Assembly: GCA_964558905.1 (NCBI GenBank)
Contig: CAZLGP010000238.1
Coordinates: 8,231 to 72,230 of the forward strand
Source of the DNA: an uncultured Thermoanaerobaculia bacterium
GTDB taxonomy: Bacteria; Acidobacteriota; Thermoanaerobaculia; Gp7-AA8
Direction of reading: 5' to 3'
DNA length: 64,000 nt
The position numbers and the translations under genes are program-made. The notes beneath the pieces were generated by a model. The model saw only the letters and a list, made by a program, of their open reading frames with translations. It was not told where the DNA came from and did no database searches. Positions 27,785 through 37,846 of this stretch are shown piece by piece (position 1 is the stretch's first letter; each line of letters begins with the position of its first letter).

Positions 27785-29044
27785 TCACCCCACCGCCCTT
27801 CGCCTCCTCTTCGCCGCCGTTTCGAGGAAACCGAGGTTTTCGTAATGGCCGCCGAGGACGGGCATGGGGTCGTTGCCGTACCAGTCGCGGATCAGGGTCG
27901 CGTAGACGGCGCGGAAGTCGACGGTCGTCGGGAGATCGCCGTCTTCGAGGTTCGCGAGGTCCCACGGTCCTCCGTAGACTTCGCCTCCTTTGACGGCGTT
28001 GCCGAGGAGGAGGACCGTTCCGGCTTTGCCGTGGTCGGTGCCGAGGCTGGCGTTTTCCTGGACGCGGCGGCCGAACTCGGACCAGGCCATGACGACGACG
28101 CGGTCGGAAAGGCCGCGCGCATCGAGGTCGGCCTGGAATGCGGCGAGGGACCCGGCGACGTCGGTGAGGAGCTGGGTATGCTCGCCCGACTGCGCGCTGT
28201 GCGTGTCGAAGCCGCCGTGGTTGATCCACACCGCGTGCGTGCCGATGTCGCCGGCGATCACCTGCGCCGCGAGGCGGAACGCGGCGCCCAACGCTCCCTC
28301 GGGGTAGCCGGCCGTGACCGACGGGGGAGGGATGGTCTTGACGAGATCGATCGCGGCGAACGTCTCGGAGCCCTGCTCGCGAATCATCTCCAGCTCCTCC
28401 GTGGAGCGCTCTCCGCTCCAGATCGCGCGCATCGCCGCAGTCCAGGCGTCGCGATCGGCGCGCGCGTCGGTCTGGATGTCGAACGTGCCGTTCGCAGGAA
28501 TCGTCGCCGCCAGGACGCTCTCCGCCTCGAGGGCGAGGGAGCTCGTGTTGCCGACGGCGATCGTCGTCAAAGGCGAGTCGATGTGCGGCAGATAGAGGTC
28601 GGCGTAGCGGCCGAGCCAACCTCGTCCTCCGCCGGTCATGCCCCCGCCGTGATGGTCGTCGGCGGCGGATGCAGTCATCCAGACGTCGCGGCAGTGAAAG
28701 TGCGAACGGTCGAGCGTCGGGAATCCGACGCCGTTGAGCAGCGCGAGCTTGCGCGAGGCGTAGAACGGCTCCAGCGGCGCGAGCGCCGGATGCAGCGCGT
28801 TGCGGTCGTCGAGGTGCACGAGGCTCGCGTCCGGAATGGCCAGGGTCGGACGCAGCGTGCGGTAACGGCTGTCCGCGTACGGCACGACGGTGTTGATGGC
28901 ATCGTTGCCACCGTTGAGAAAGAGGACGACCAACACCTTGTCTCCCGACCCGCTCCCGGGTGTCGCGAAGACCGTGGGCGAGAAAAACGACAGGGTCGTG
29001 CCCGCGGCGGTCAGGCGGAGGAAATCGCGTCTCGTGGTCTTCAT
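27785..29044 (-). CDS. DUF1501 (sulfatase-like) protein with Tat signal
   Basis: Trimmed to MKTTRRDFLRLTAAGTTL (twin-arginine signal). Family blocks LNGGNDAINTVVPY, GFDTHS, EFGRR, DHG. Confidence 0.88.
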   Translation of the reverse strand: MKTTRRDFLRLTAAGTTLSFFSPTVFATPGSGSGDKVLVVLFLNGGNDAINTVVPYADSRYRTLRPTLAIPDASLVHLDDRNALHPALAPLEPFYASRKLALLNGVGFPTLDRSHFHCRDVWMTASAADDHHGGGMTGGGRGWLGRYADLYLPHIDSPLTTIAVGNTSSLALEAESVLAATIPANGTFDIQTDARADRDAWTAAMRAIWSGERSTEELEMIREQGSETFAAIDLVKTIPPPSVTAGYPEGALGAAFRLAAQVIAGDIGTHAVWINHGGFDTHSAQSGEHTQLLTDVAGSLAAFQADLDARGLSDRVVVMAWSEFGRRVQENASLGTDHGKAGTVLLLGNAVKGGEVYGGPWDLANLEDGDLPTTVDFRAVYATLIRDWYGNDPMPVLGGHYENLGFLETAAKRRRRAVG

Positions 29045-29054
29045 CGCTTTGTCC

Positions 29055-30359
29055 TCAATACTTCTGCCACTCGGGCAGGGAGATGACCATCTGCGCGAGT
29101 CCGCGCATGCGCCAGGTGAGGGTGGATCCGGACGGCAGCGCACCGCCGGGGGCAACGTAGCCCTCGAGCGCCAAACGCGTCGCCGCGGGCACGTCGAGCG
29201 GGCCGAGGCGGTCGAGGTAGACGTCCACGAGCTCCGCGGCCGTCGACCACGACGATCCTTCGAGGAATCGCGCGGGATCGAACCAGTTCAGGAGCGGCGC
29301 TCCGAAGTTCATTCGGGTCAGCAACGACGCGGAGTTGATCCACTGCATCCCGCCGTCCCAACCCGCGACGTCCGGCGGATTGAACAGCGTCTGTCCCTCG
29401 GCCGCCATCGCCGTGCCGGCGACGCGCGCGGCGCGGTCGTCGTCGATGGCGAGCTGCCGCAGCGCGGTGATCGCATGGTCGGCCGGCGACTTCACCTTCG
29501 ACCACATCACGTGCTCCGTGTACATCTCCTCGGAAGTGAGGATCGCTCTCACGAGCGGCCTCAGCTCGGTGCCGGCATCGCGGTACACGTTCGCGAACTG
29601 TTCCAGGACGCTCTCCTCGGCGTGCTCGTGGACGAAGAAGAAGTAGAGCTTCTCCGCGAGGAAGCGCGCGTGCGCCACTTCGCTGCAGGCCATGCGCACG
29701 ATGTCGTCGCCGTCCCAGTCTCCGGTGCTGCCGAGGAAGGTCTTCTGGGAATGGTCGTGAAGGCGGTCGACGAAAATGAAGCGGCGGGTGTTGCGGGAGA
29801 TCGTCCAGCCGGTGAAGGCCTTCGCGGCGGAGGCGACGTCCTCCTCGCTGTAGTTGCCGTGGCCGAGGAGGAAGAGCTCGAGGAGCTCGCGGCCGAAGTT
29901 CTCGTTGGGATGGTCCTTGACGTTGGTGAAGTTGTCGAGCCAGATGAGCATCGCCGTGTCGCGGGCGATGTCGGTGGTGAGAGTGGTGAAGTTGCCGAGG
30001 GCGTGGCTGCGGAGGAGCTGGTTCTGCTCGAGCATGGGCTCGGGCTGGCCGACCTTGCTGATCGCGGTGGCGAAGTGGTCGTGGAGAAAGAGCGTCATCC
30101 GCTCCTCGAGGGGACGCGCGCTCCAGGCGAGCCGGATCGCCCACCAGCGCAGAATCCCGCCGACCTTCGTGAGGTCGAGATCGGTCTGACGGGAGAGGCG
30201 CGCGTCGAGGGCATCGTTGGGGACAGTGAGGTCGAGAAGTCGGTCGACCGTTGCCTCGAGTCCTTCATCGAGCGCCCGTTCGATGTCGAACGGTGTCGCG
30301 CCGAACGCCGCCCGGCGATAGAGGTGTGCTGCACGCGCCCGATCCCATGTGATCGCCAT
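29055..30359 (-). CDS. DUF1800 protein
   Basis: MAITWDRARAAHLYRRAAFGATP...MTLFLHDHFATA...NENFGRELLELFLLG. Classic DUF1800-DUF1501 gene pair. Confidence 0.88.
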   Translation of the reverse strand: MAITWDRARAAHLYRRAAFGATPFDIERALDEGLEATVDRLLDLTVPNDALDARLSRQTDLDLTKVGGILRWWAIRLAWSARPLEERMTLFLHDHFATAISKVGQPEPMLEQNQLLRSHALGNFTTLTTDIARDTAMLIWLDNFTNVKDHPNENFGRELLELFLLGHGNYSEEDVASAAKAFTGWTISRNTRRFIFVDRLHDHSQKTFLGSTGDWDGDDIVRMACSEVAHARFLAEKLYFFFVHEHAEESVLEQFANVYRDAGTELRPLVRAILTSEEMYTEHVMWSKVKSPADHAITALRQLAIDDDRAARVAGTAMAAEGQTLFNPPDVAGWDGGMQWINSASLLTRMNFGAPLLNWFDPARFLEGSSWSTAAELVDVYLDRLGPLDVPAATRLALEGYVAPGGALPSGSTLTWRMRGLAQMVISLPEWQKY

Positions 30360-30458
30360 GTGTCACTCCGTTTCGTTTGCGATTGGACGGGGGTAGTCGC
30401 TGAACGTTTACGCCGGGCCTGTGGAGTGCGGCAACGGCCTAGCCGTTGCTTCCATGAG

Positions 30459-30549
30459 GGTGTCATCCTGAGCCGCGAAGACGGCGAAGGACCTTCTCCG
30501 TTGCGTGCTGGAAGGTCCTTCGCTGTCTACGCACCTCAGGATGACACCT
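30459..30549. repeat. Inverted pair of the GTCATCCTGAGCCGCGAAGACGGCGAAGGA repeat family
   Basis: ggtgtcatcctgagccgcgaagacggcgaaggacc ... ggtccttcgctgtctacgcacctcaggatgacacc. Single copies at 48141-48178 and 58029-58070. Confidence 0.85.
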
Positions 30550-30568
30550 CTTTTTGCCGCGCGGATTC

Positions 30569-31006
30569 CTAGTGCCGGTGGAAGGTCTTCGCGACGAGCT
30601 TCCAGCCGTCGTCGAAGCGGTACAGCGAGATGTAGTCGGTGAAGATGTGCTTACCGTCGCGGAAGAGATCGACTTTGGCGACGGCGGCGTTGCCGGAGCG
30701 GTCGAGGACCGTGATGTCGCCTCGGATCTCCGGCTTCGCAGCGTTGGCGGCGCGTGCCTTCGAGGCCGTGAGGCGCTCGATCCACGCGTCCCTCGTCGTC
30801 TGCGTGACGCCTTTGTCCGACCGCACGAACATGACGAAGGAGTCGTGCATCCCGGCGCGCATCTTGTCGACATCGCCTTCGATGTGCACGCCGTGGACGT
30901 AGGCCTGGTCCACCACCGCGACGATGGCGGCATGTTCAGAGTCATCCGCCAGCGCCACGGCGGAGACTGTGCAGACGAGCAGCACGAGCAACAGGGTTTT
31001 CTTCAT
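30569..31006 (-). CDS. Secreted NTF2-fold (SnoaL / lumazine-binding-like) protein
   Basis: Trimmed to MKKTLLLVLLVCTVSAVALA (signal peptide). IVAVVDQAYVHGVHIEGD...ISLYRFDDGWKLVAK is typical of the NTF2-like fold. Confidence 0.7.
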   Translation of the reverse strand: MKKTLLLVLLVCTVSAVALADDSEHAAIVAVVDQAYVHGVHIEGDVDKMRAGMHDSFVMFVRSDKGVTQTTRDAWIERLTASKARAANAAKPEIRGDITVLDRSGNAAVAKVDLFRDGKHIFTDYISLYRFDDGWKLVAKTFHRH

Positions 31007-31276
31007 CGGTTTCCTCCGGGACAAGCATACGAGACTGAGTGCGTCAGGTTCATGTGAGGTGGCCCTGGCATCGACGAGCTGCGCCAACTCCGCGTCGAGA
31101 CGGCGGAGCTCTCCTTTCAGACGCCGCAACGTCGAAGGTCGGTTCTTGGGAGATACGATCCTGGGCGATGCGGCAAGCGGCCGCTCCCCTTCGCCATTCC
31201 GTCACTGGAATGCATGCGTTCTATCGTGGCGTCGAGATGGAAGGGGGGCTACACTCCCTCGCCGAAAAGAGAAACG

Positions 31277-31519
31277 ATGAAAAACCTGAGCCTCGTTGGC
31301 GTACTCCTTCTGGGTCTCGCCCTGGCTCCGAGTGCTGGCAGTCAGTATTACTATGGCTGTCAGGGTTACTCGAACTCGCGTGTTGTCCATTGGAGCAGCT
31401 GTGGTTGCTACACCTGCGGGTACACCGGGTCGGGCTGCACCGTTTGTTTCGATGAGAGCAGCGGTGAGACTTGCTACACGGACGCCCAGTATTGCGGGCC
31501 GCTCCGTGACACGCCGTGA
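31277..31519 (+). CDS. Small secreted Cys/Tyr-rich peptide (80 aa precursor, 8 Cys)
   Basis: MKNLSLVGVLLLGLALAPSAGS | QYYYGCQGYSNSRVVHWSSCGCYTCGYTGSGCTVCFDESSGETCYTDAQYCGPLRDTP. Stop overlaps the next start (GTGA). Confidence 0.6.
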   Translation: MKNLSLVGVLLLGLALAPSAGSQYYYGCQGYSNSRVVHWSSCGCYTCGYTGSGCTVCFDESSGETCYTDAQYCGPLRDTP

Positions 31520-32544
31520 AACCGCTGGTTTTCCTCATCGCCGTTCTCCTTGCGGGAACCGCCGGCGCGCAACATCAAGTCCGCGTCATTTCGGACCGGG
31601 TGCTGCAGGGTGATGCCGCCAGGGCGCTGGACGTCCGTTGGGCGTCCGACGACTCGGTCTACATTTCCTCCTTTTTCGCGGGCGTTCTTCAGGTGAATAC
31701 GGCCTCGGGAAAGGTCGCACCGGCCGCGTTTGTCCAGCCGGGAAAGAAGTGTCCGAGTTGTTCGCGCCTCGGCGTGTCTGAGCGCTACGTGGTGACAGCG
31801 TTTCCGGTCTACCAGATGACGTGGAAGGAGTGGCACCGGCCCCAGATCCACAACTACGTCTTCGACGCGGTGGTCGATCTCGACGTCAAGGGCGATCGTC
31901 TATTGATGCTTGGATCGCGGACCGAAGGAGGCCGGTGGGCTCCGGACGGCGCAATCGCCTGGACCGGTTCTCTCGACAAACAACTGAAAGATCTCCGGCC
32001 GATCCTCTTCTCCAGACAGGGGCCGAAAGCGGAAACGATCTCGCGCTGTGGATTCCTCGAGCCGGGTGCGGTTCGATTCTCGAGCGACGGATCGTTCGTC
32101 GTCGTCCCCGGAGTGGAGCCGGACGTCTATCTTTACGATCGAACCGGCAAGCTCGTGCACACATGGCAGACATCGAGCCTCGGCTTCGTCGATCGTTGCG
32201 ATCTCACCGAGGCGCAGGTGCACGCGTTGTCCGCGGACCCGGAGCAGCGCGCGCGGTGGCGTGCGGCCCGGGTCATGGTCGACGACGTCCTCCCCACCGC
32301 GGCCGGCCCGGCTCTCCTGCTGCACGAGTTTCGCTCCGGCGTCGCGCGCTGGACGATGGTCGTCCTGCAACGAAACGGGCCTCCACGAAGAATCGTGTTG
32401 CCGTTCTCGATCCAGTCCGACGTTGCATCGCTGCGGGCGGACATTCGCGGAAACCGGATCGCATTTCTGATTCGAACCTTCGGGCAATGGCGTCCGAAGG
32501 CAACCCCGGCGGCGGCGCGCCTGATCGTCGCGGATCTCCGGTGA
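31516..32544 (+). CDS. Secreted hypothetical protein (342 aa)
   Basis: Signal peptide MKPLVFLIAVLLAGTAGAQ. Beta-rich sequence. CPSC motif. GTGA overlaps at both ends. Confidence 0.65.
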   Translation: MKPLVFLIAVLLAGTAGAQHQVRVISDRVLQGDAARALDVRWASDDSVYISSFFAGVLQVNTASGKVAPAAFVQPGKKCPSCSRLGVSERYVVTAFPVYQMTWKEWHRPQIHNYVFDAVVDLDVKGDRLLMLGSRTEGGRWAPDGAIAWTGSLDKQLKDLRPILFSRQGPKAETISRCGFLEPGAVRFSSDGSFVVVPGVEPDVYLYDRTGKLVHTWQTSSLGFVDRCDLTEAQVHALSADPEQRARWRAARVMVDDVLPTAAGPALLLHEFRSGVARWTMVVLQRNGPPRRIVLPFSIQSDVASLRADIRGNRIAFLIRTFGQWRPKATPAAARLIVADLR

Positions 32545-35500
32545 TCCCGCGCGGCCCGTGGTGGGCAGTCGTGGTGTTTGCCCTCGCCGCCGGCCGCGTA
32601 TTCTCTTCCGACAGCCCCGTGAGCGTCGTCGCCTGCCGCGATGACAACGGTTGTGTCGCATCGGCTGAAGCGGTGGAGCACGCGGACTTCGTCTGGATCT
32701 GGTCGGACGCCGCTCCGCCGACTCGTGTCCTTGCTGCCGAGGCGAAGACGATCCTCGCGAAGGGACCGGTATCGGACATCGTTGGCACCATCAACGTCCT
32801 GCGGCGAGGCGATGCAGCCATCAAGATCATCGCCGCGCCCGTTCGGATGTGGGCGGAAGTGCCGGAACCCCTTCTGCCGCGGTTCGACGTCCCGAAGAGC
32901 GGCATCGTCAGGATTCCTCGGGCGCGTAGCGTGCCGTGGCGTGCGCGTATCGCTGGTCGGGAATCGGGGAGCTGGTGGACGCCACTCGAGAACGGTGCAA
33001 CGTCGATCGTGCTCGTGCCGGGGATGACGCGTCGAATCCGCGTCACCGACGAGAAGAGAGCTCCGCTCGGCTCGGCCGGCGTGACCGTGATGGTCGCGCG
33101 CTCCGGAGCGTCGCGGTTGCTGGCCGCGCAATACCGCACCGATGGCGGCGGATGGTTCGAGATCGAGGGGCTGCCGGATCAAGACCTTCTGACGATGATC
33201 GTCACGGGAAAGGATCGTGCGCCGGCTGCACTCACGGATCGCTTTCCACAGTTTCCCGAGGCGATCGAGTTGCGTCGCGGCCTGAATGTGACGGCGCGAT
33301 TCGTCGACGACCGAGACGAGCCGATCGGCGGCGTGCGCGTGCGGGCGGAGGCGTGGCTTGGCTCGAGCGGAGCGGTCGTGGCACGCGAAACGGCGAGCGC
33401 TCCGGACGGTTCATGGACGATCGAAAGGCTGCCCGCCGACGTGCGTGCCGTCATCGTCGCAACACGCGAAGGCCTCGCGCCAATGCGTACGGATCTCGTC
33501 GTCGAGAAATCCATCGACCTCGGCAGGATCGTTCTCGAATCCGGGGTCGTCCTGCCCGTACGGGTCATCGATGCCGCGGACCGGCGCCCGGTCGAAGGCG
33601 CGCGGGTCGTCGCGAAGCCGGACCGTGAGACGGAGACGGATGCGAAAGGTGGGGCACGGCTGATCGACGTCTCCCCATCGTCGGGACTCGAGATCTCCGC
33701 GACGGCAGACGGGTACCTGCCCACGTCGCTGCAGATGTCACCGCCGTTTGGCGCGCTGGTGGAGCTCGAGCTGACTCGCGCATTCATCGTCGAAGGTCGT
33801 TTCGAGGACGCGACAGGCCAGGCAATCTCTGGTGCGATGGCGCGCATCATCGAGAACAATTCCTTTCGAGAAATGCCGCTTGATGAGGCGGCGTTCCGCA
33901 TCCCCCTTCCACCCGAGCGGCGCGTGTCGTTGGAGCTCTCATCCCCCACGTCACGCATTGTCCGGTTCGACGTCGAGGGGATGCCTGGTGAGACGCGTGA
34001 CCTCGGGGTGATTCATCCCGATGAGGGCTTTGTCGTTCGCGGCAGAGTCGCGACGGCCGAGGGGACGGCGGTTGCCGCCGCATCCGTGTGGATTCCGCGC
34101 GTCTCCGCCGCGGGACCGCTTGTCGAATGGGCCACGGGCAACGTCTTGCGTACGCAGACGGATGCCGCGGGAGTCTTCGCCCTCCGTGGTGTCGGACCGG
34201 AGCCGGTGCTGTTGCGCATCGATGCACCCAGTTTTGCCCGAGCGTTCCGTCCGCTCTCGTTTGACGAAGCCGGCATCGACCTCGAGCTCGGCGACATCAT
34301 CGTCATGCGTGGGGCGACCGTGTCGGTCACCGGCAGGACCGAATGGACCGACGCGATTGCGCGGGTCATCTTCCGGCCGGAGACCGGCGAGGTCGACATG
34401 CTGAGTGCGCCGATGCGGGATGGCGCCGCTACGATTCGCAACGTGCCGGAGGGCCGCGCGGTGATCTCCGTACTGCGCGGCCATTCGACAGTCTGCCGGA
34501 AGGATGTGGATCTCTCCGAACGAGAGGAGCCGTTCACCGTCGACTGTTCCGCGGGCTCGGTGCACGTCCGCGGAACCGTCCTCGTCGGAGAGCGGCCCGC
34601 GGCTGGTGGCACGCTGCTGTGGACTTCACCATCCGATGGAGTTGCTGGAGGCCTTATTCTGAACCGCACATCGCGGCTTGGAGCGTCGTCCCAGCGGCCG
34701 TTTGGAGCGACTTCGGATGTGGTGGTGAACGTCTCCGCAAGGGGAGAGTTCGAGTCTGACGATCTCTGGCCGGGGAAATGGATCGTTCGCTGGACGTCCG
34801 CGGCCGGGGGAGTGAGTGAGCCGCGCGAGATCGGCATCGCCGAGCGACCGGCCGAGACGATCGTCCTCCGCTATGAGGAAGCGATCGTACGTGGCATCGT
34901 CGTCGACGAGCGGTCGCAGCCCGTCCGGCATGCGTCGGTCCGCCAGTTGAACGGAAGCGCTTCGGCGCTCACCGCGGACGATGGCACGTTCGCGATCGTT
35001 GGTCTTCCACCCGGAACACACCGCTTCCGCGCTGAGGAAAAAGCGCTCAGAAGCGACACGGCGGTCGTGGAGGTCGAGGCCGGACGGCACCCGGATAAGT
35101 TGCGGCTGATCGTTCGCAGGGACGGCGCCGACAGCGTGATCGTGAACGTCCATTCCAGAGCCGGAGTCCCGGCAACTGGTGCGCTGGTGTTCGTGGAGAC
35201 GAGCACGGGCGAATTACGGATCGTGACCACCACCGTGGATGGGCGTGTCGCCGTATCGTTCGACGACGGCCTGCCGGCGGCGATGCGGTGCGCCGCCATT
35301 CACGACGGCGCATGGGTCTTCGACGAGTGGCATTCGTCGGAATTCATGCGCGACGGACTCATGCTCGCTGTCGGTGAAACGGGATCGCTGGCAGTCCTGA
35401 GCGAAGAGCACGAAGGGATGCTCGACATTCGCGCACCGAACGGCTGGAACCTGACCATGCTGCTGATGCGAATCGGATCGGTGCCCGTGCTCAGGCGCGA

Positions 35501-35618
35501 TGCACCGCTGCAACTCGCCGGCCTGCCGCCGGGCGACTACGACGTGAGCATCAGCTCCGTCACTCGACGCGCCGCGATACGCCGCGGCGAGACGACGACC
35601 GTGACGATGCGTCGCTGA
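32541..35618 (+). CDS. Large carboxypeptidase-regulatory-like (CarboxypepD_reg) repeat protein, ~1025 aa
   Basis: The GTG at 32541 overlaps the previous stop. N-terminal hydrophobic WWAVVVFALAAG. Many repeats of the type G(R/T)V..(D/E)..G.P(I/V).GA.V. The 240 codons the ORF track adds upstream overlap gene 31516..32544 in another frame and were rejected. Confidence 0.7.
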   Translation: MIPRGPWWAVVVFALAAGRVFSSDSPVSVVACRDDNGCVASAEAVEHADFVWIWSDAAPPTRVLAAEAKTILAKGPVSDIVGTINVLRRGDAAIKIIAAPVRMWAEVPEPLLPRFDVPKSGIVRIPRARSVPWRARIAGRESGSWWTPLENGATSIVLVPGMTRRIRVTDEKRAPLGSAGVTVMVARSGASRLLAAQYRTDGGGWFEIEGLPDQDLLTMIVTGKDRAPAALTDRFPQFPEAIELRRGLNVTARFVDDRDEPIGGVRVRAEAWLGSSGAVVARETASAPDGSWTIERLPADVRAVIVATREGLAPMRTDLVVEKSIDLGRIVLESGVVLPVRVIDAADRRPVEGARVVAKPDRETETDAKGGARLIDVSPSSGLEISATADGYLPTSLQMSPPFGALVELELTRAFIVEGRFEDATGQAISGAMARIIENNSFREMPLDEAAFRIPLPPERRVSLELSSPTSRIVRFDVEGMPGETRDLGVIHPDEGFVVRGRVATAEGTAVAAASVWIPRVSAAGPLVEWATGNVLRTQTDAAGVFALRGVGPEPVLLRIDAPSFARAFRPLSFDEAGIDLELGDIIVMRGATVSVTGRTEWTDAIARVIFRPETGEVDMLSAPMRDGAATIRNVPEGRAVISVLRGHSTVCRKDVDLSEREEPFTVDCSAGSVHVRGTVLVGERPAAGGTLLWTSPSDGVAGGLILNRTSRLGASSQRPFGATSDVVVNVSARGEFESDDLWPGKWIVRWTSAAGGVSEPREIGIAERPAETIVLRYEEAIVRGIVVDERSQPVRHASVRQLNGSASALTADDGTFAIVGLPPGTHRFRAEEKALRSDTAVVEVEAGRHPDKLRLIVRRDGADSVIVNVHSRAGVPATGALVFVETSTGELRIVTTTVDGRVAVSFDDGLPAAMRCAAIHDGAWVFDEWHSSEFMRDGLMLAVGETGSLAVLSEEHEGMLDIRAPNGWNLTMLLMRIGSVPVLRRDAPLQLAGLPPGDYDVSISSVTRRAAIRRGETTTVTMRR

Positions 35619-35643
35619 CCGGCCGCCGTGACAACGCGCCCCC

Positions 35644-37362
35644 TCACCCCCGCCGCTTCCGTGCCCTTGCCCGCGCCGGATGGAACACTTCCAGGAACTT
35701 GTCCTCCGCTTCCAGCGTGCCGACGAGGAACATTTTCCCTCCGTCCGGCATCACGAAGTCGAGTCCGGGATTCATCTCGCGCAGTCCGCCATGGTCGACG
35801 GAGATGACGGTACAGCCGGTGCGCGTGCGTATCCTCGATTCGCCGAGGCTGCGGCCGGCGATCGAGGAGGGGATCGGCGCGGGGAAGACGCTGAGTCCTT
35901 CGGCTAGCAGCAGATACTCGCCGCCGCGCAGGAGGTTGAAGACGGTGTTGGCGCCCATCGACGCGTAGGAGAGCACGAGGTCCGCACCCGCGCGGGAGAG
36001 CGTCTTCACGTTGCGGTCGAGGTTACTGCGGGCCAGGATCTGCCAGGCCTTGTGCAGCTTGCGGAAGAAGATGGTCAGGGCGACGTTCGTGTCGTCGTCG
36101 TGCGTGGTGACCATCACGGTGGTCGCCTCGCGCACGCCCGCCTTCTTCAGAACATCCAGCTGCGTTGCGTCGCCGATGACGGCCTCGGGGTGCCCGGCCA
36201 CGCGCTCGGCGATCTTCTCGATGATCGTGGTCTGGATCCCGAGCTCCTTGAGCGCGTCGCTGGCGGCACGTCCGACCCGGCCGCCGCCGATGATGAGCAC
36301 GCGTGGGGTCGGCCCTTCGACGTTGGAGAATGCGGCGTTGTAGAGGTCGATCTGCTCGCGCGTTCCGGCCAGCACGAAGATCGTGTCGGGCTCGATCATC
36401 GTGTCGCGATCGACGATCTCGAGCTGGCCGTGATTCCAGACGCCGATGACGCCGACGCCTGTGCGGTTGCGCAGTCCGCTCTGGCCGATGGTCTGTCCCG
36501 GCAGCGACGTGCCGTACGCGGAGGCCTCGGCGATGAGCAGGCCGTCGAGATTGCCGATGACGCGCGCGTCGGAATCGCGAATGCTGACGCGGCGCGCCAG
36601 CGCAGTGCCCATCATCTCCTCCTGGCGCAGCACCATCGTGGCGCCGGCCAGCTCGAGGACGTCGCGCGTGGAGTCCGATGAGGCGGTGGCGACGATGGGG
36701 ACGGTCTCGGACAACTCGCGCGCGGTGAACGTTGCGTTGGTGTTGATGACGTCCGTGCGCGTGGTCACCAGCATCGTGGCCTGGTCGAGACGCATCCGGC
36801 GGTAGGTCTCCGGATCATCGAGATCTCCCACCGCGACGAGCACGCCCCGCTCCTCGAAGTCGAGGGCTTCCACGAGCGTGGGACAGAGGACGACGTACGG
36901 GTGGCCGTACTTTTCCAGCATCGGAATCAGCGCCGTGGCCAGCGGGCCGTAGTTCGTGAGGATCACGTGGCCGCGCGTGGACTTCGGCAGAGACCGAGGC
37001 GCCTTGGCCGCGGTCTGCGCGCGCATCCAGGGAGCATAGAAGAACTCGATGAAGGTGAACGGGAGCAGCACGAGCATGAACGCCACGCCGGATGTGAGCA
37101 CGACCACGGAGAAGAAGCGGCCGAGGTCGTCTTTGAAGGTGATGTCGCCGAAGCCGAGCGTCGTCATCACGGTGAGGGTCCAGTACAACCCGGTCATCCA
37201 CGAGTGATGCTGCCCCTCGCGCTCCATGATCACGTGAAAGAGCAGGCTGTAGACGACGATGAGGCCGAGGAGGACGAGCAGGAGCGTGCCCAGCGAGCGG
37301 AGGTTCTTGCGACTGGTCCGGCTCTCCAGCACAGTGGTCATGACCGCGATCAGCGATTTCAT
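35644..37362 (-). CDS. Potassium channel with two RCK/TrkA domains
   Basis: Trimmed to MKSLIAV. Selectivity filter TTLGFGD. RCK Rossmann motifs VILTNYGP and LIIGGGRVGRA. Confidence 0.88.
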   Translation of the reverse strand: MKSLIAVMTTVLESRTSRKNLRSLGTLLLVLLGLIVVYSLLFHVIMEREGQHHSWMTGLYWTLTVMTTLGFGDITFKDDLGRFFSVVVLTSGVAFMLVLLPFTFIEFFYAPWMRAQTAAKAPRSLPKSTRGHVILTNYGPLATALIPMLEKYGHPYVVLCPTLVEALDFEERGVLVAVGDLDDPETYRRMRLDQATMLVTTRTDVINTNATFTARELSETVPIVATASSDSTRDVLELAGATMVLRQEEMMGTALARRVSIRDSDARVIGNLDGLLIAEASAYGTSLPGQTIGQSGLRNRTGVGVIGVWNHGQLEIVDRDTMIEPDTIFVLAGTREQIDLYNAAFSNVEGPTPRVLIIGGGRVGRAASDALKELGIQTTIIEKIAERVAGHPEAVIGDATQLDVLKKAGVREATTVMVTTHDDDTNVALTIFFRKLHKAWQILARSNLDRNVKTLSRAGADLVLSYASMGANTVFNLLRGGEYLLLAEGLSVFPAPIPSSIAGRSLGESRIRTRTGCTVISVDHGGLREMNPGLDFVMPDGGKMFLVGTLEAEDKFLEVFHPARARARKRRG

Positions 37363-37550
37363 CGCGCGCGATTCTGCCGCGTTTTTGCGTTCTGTGCGAC
37401 TCACGATCATCCAGGGGCAGCCGGCAGCGCCCGATCGATCCGCGACTTCGGTGATTGTGGCGAGCTGCCGTCCGGCGGCGTGGAGCTGCCGCGTCATCGG
37501 CGCCGAGGGACCAGTGGGTGTCTTCGAGCACAGATCGCGAGTCGCTACGT

Positions 37551-37597
37551 CTTCGAGGGAAGGAGTCTCAAAGTCTCAAAGTCTCAAAGTCTCAAAG
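37551..37597. repeat. Tandem octamer (AGTCTCAA) x4
   Basis: ggagtctcaaagtctcaaagtctcaaagtctcaaaggg. Confidence 0.85.
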
Positions 37598-37846
37598 GGT
37601 GCCGCACGCTCGTCGCGACGACCTGACGACTTCACGACTCGACGAGCCCGGCGGCAGTTCGGGGTGATTTGCGGCGGCGGGACCCTCCGCCATGATACCG
37701 GACCGCCGGCGTCCCGCCTTCGCCGCGCTCGCGCTGCACACTCTTCGCGAGCTCCGCGGCGGCGAGACGCCGCCGCATCAGCCGCCGAGACGGCGGCAGT
37801 CCGAAAGAGTCTGCCGCCCTGCTGGGTTCTATGGCGGCGCGGACGC

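Noticed and set aside
31821-32540. N-terminal 240-codon extension of the large CarboxypepD_reg ORF (31821..35618)
   Set aside because: It overlaps the well-formed secreted-protein gene 31516..32544 in another frame and is Arg-rich. A GTG at 32541 with a hydrophobic N-terminus and a GTGA overlap is a much better start.
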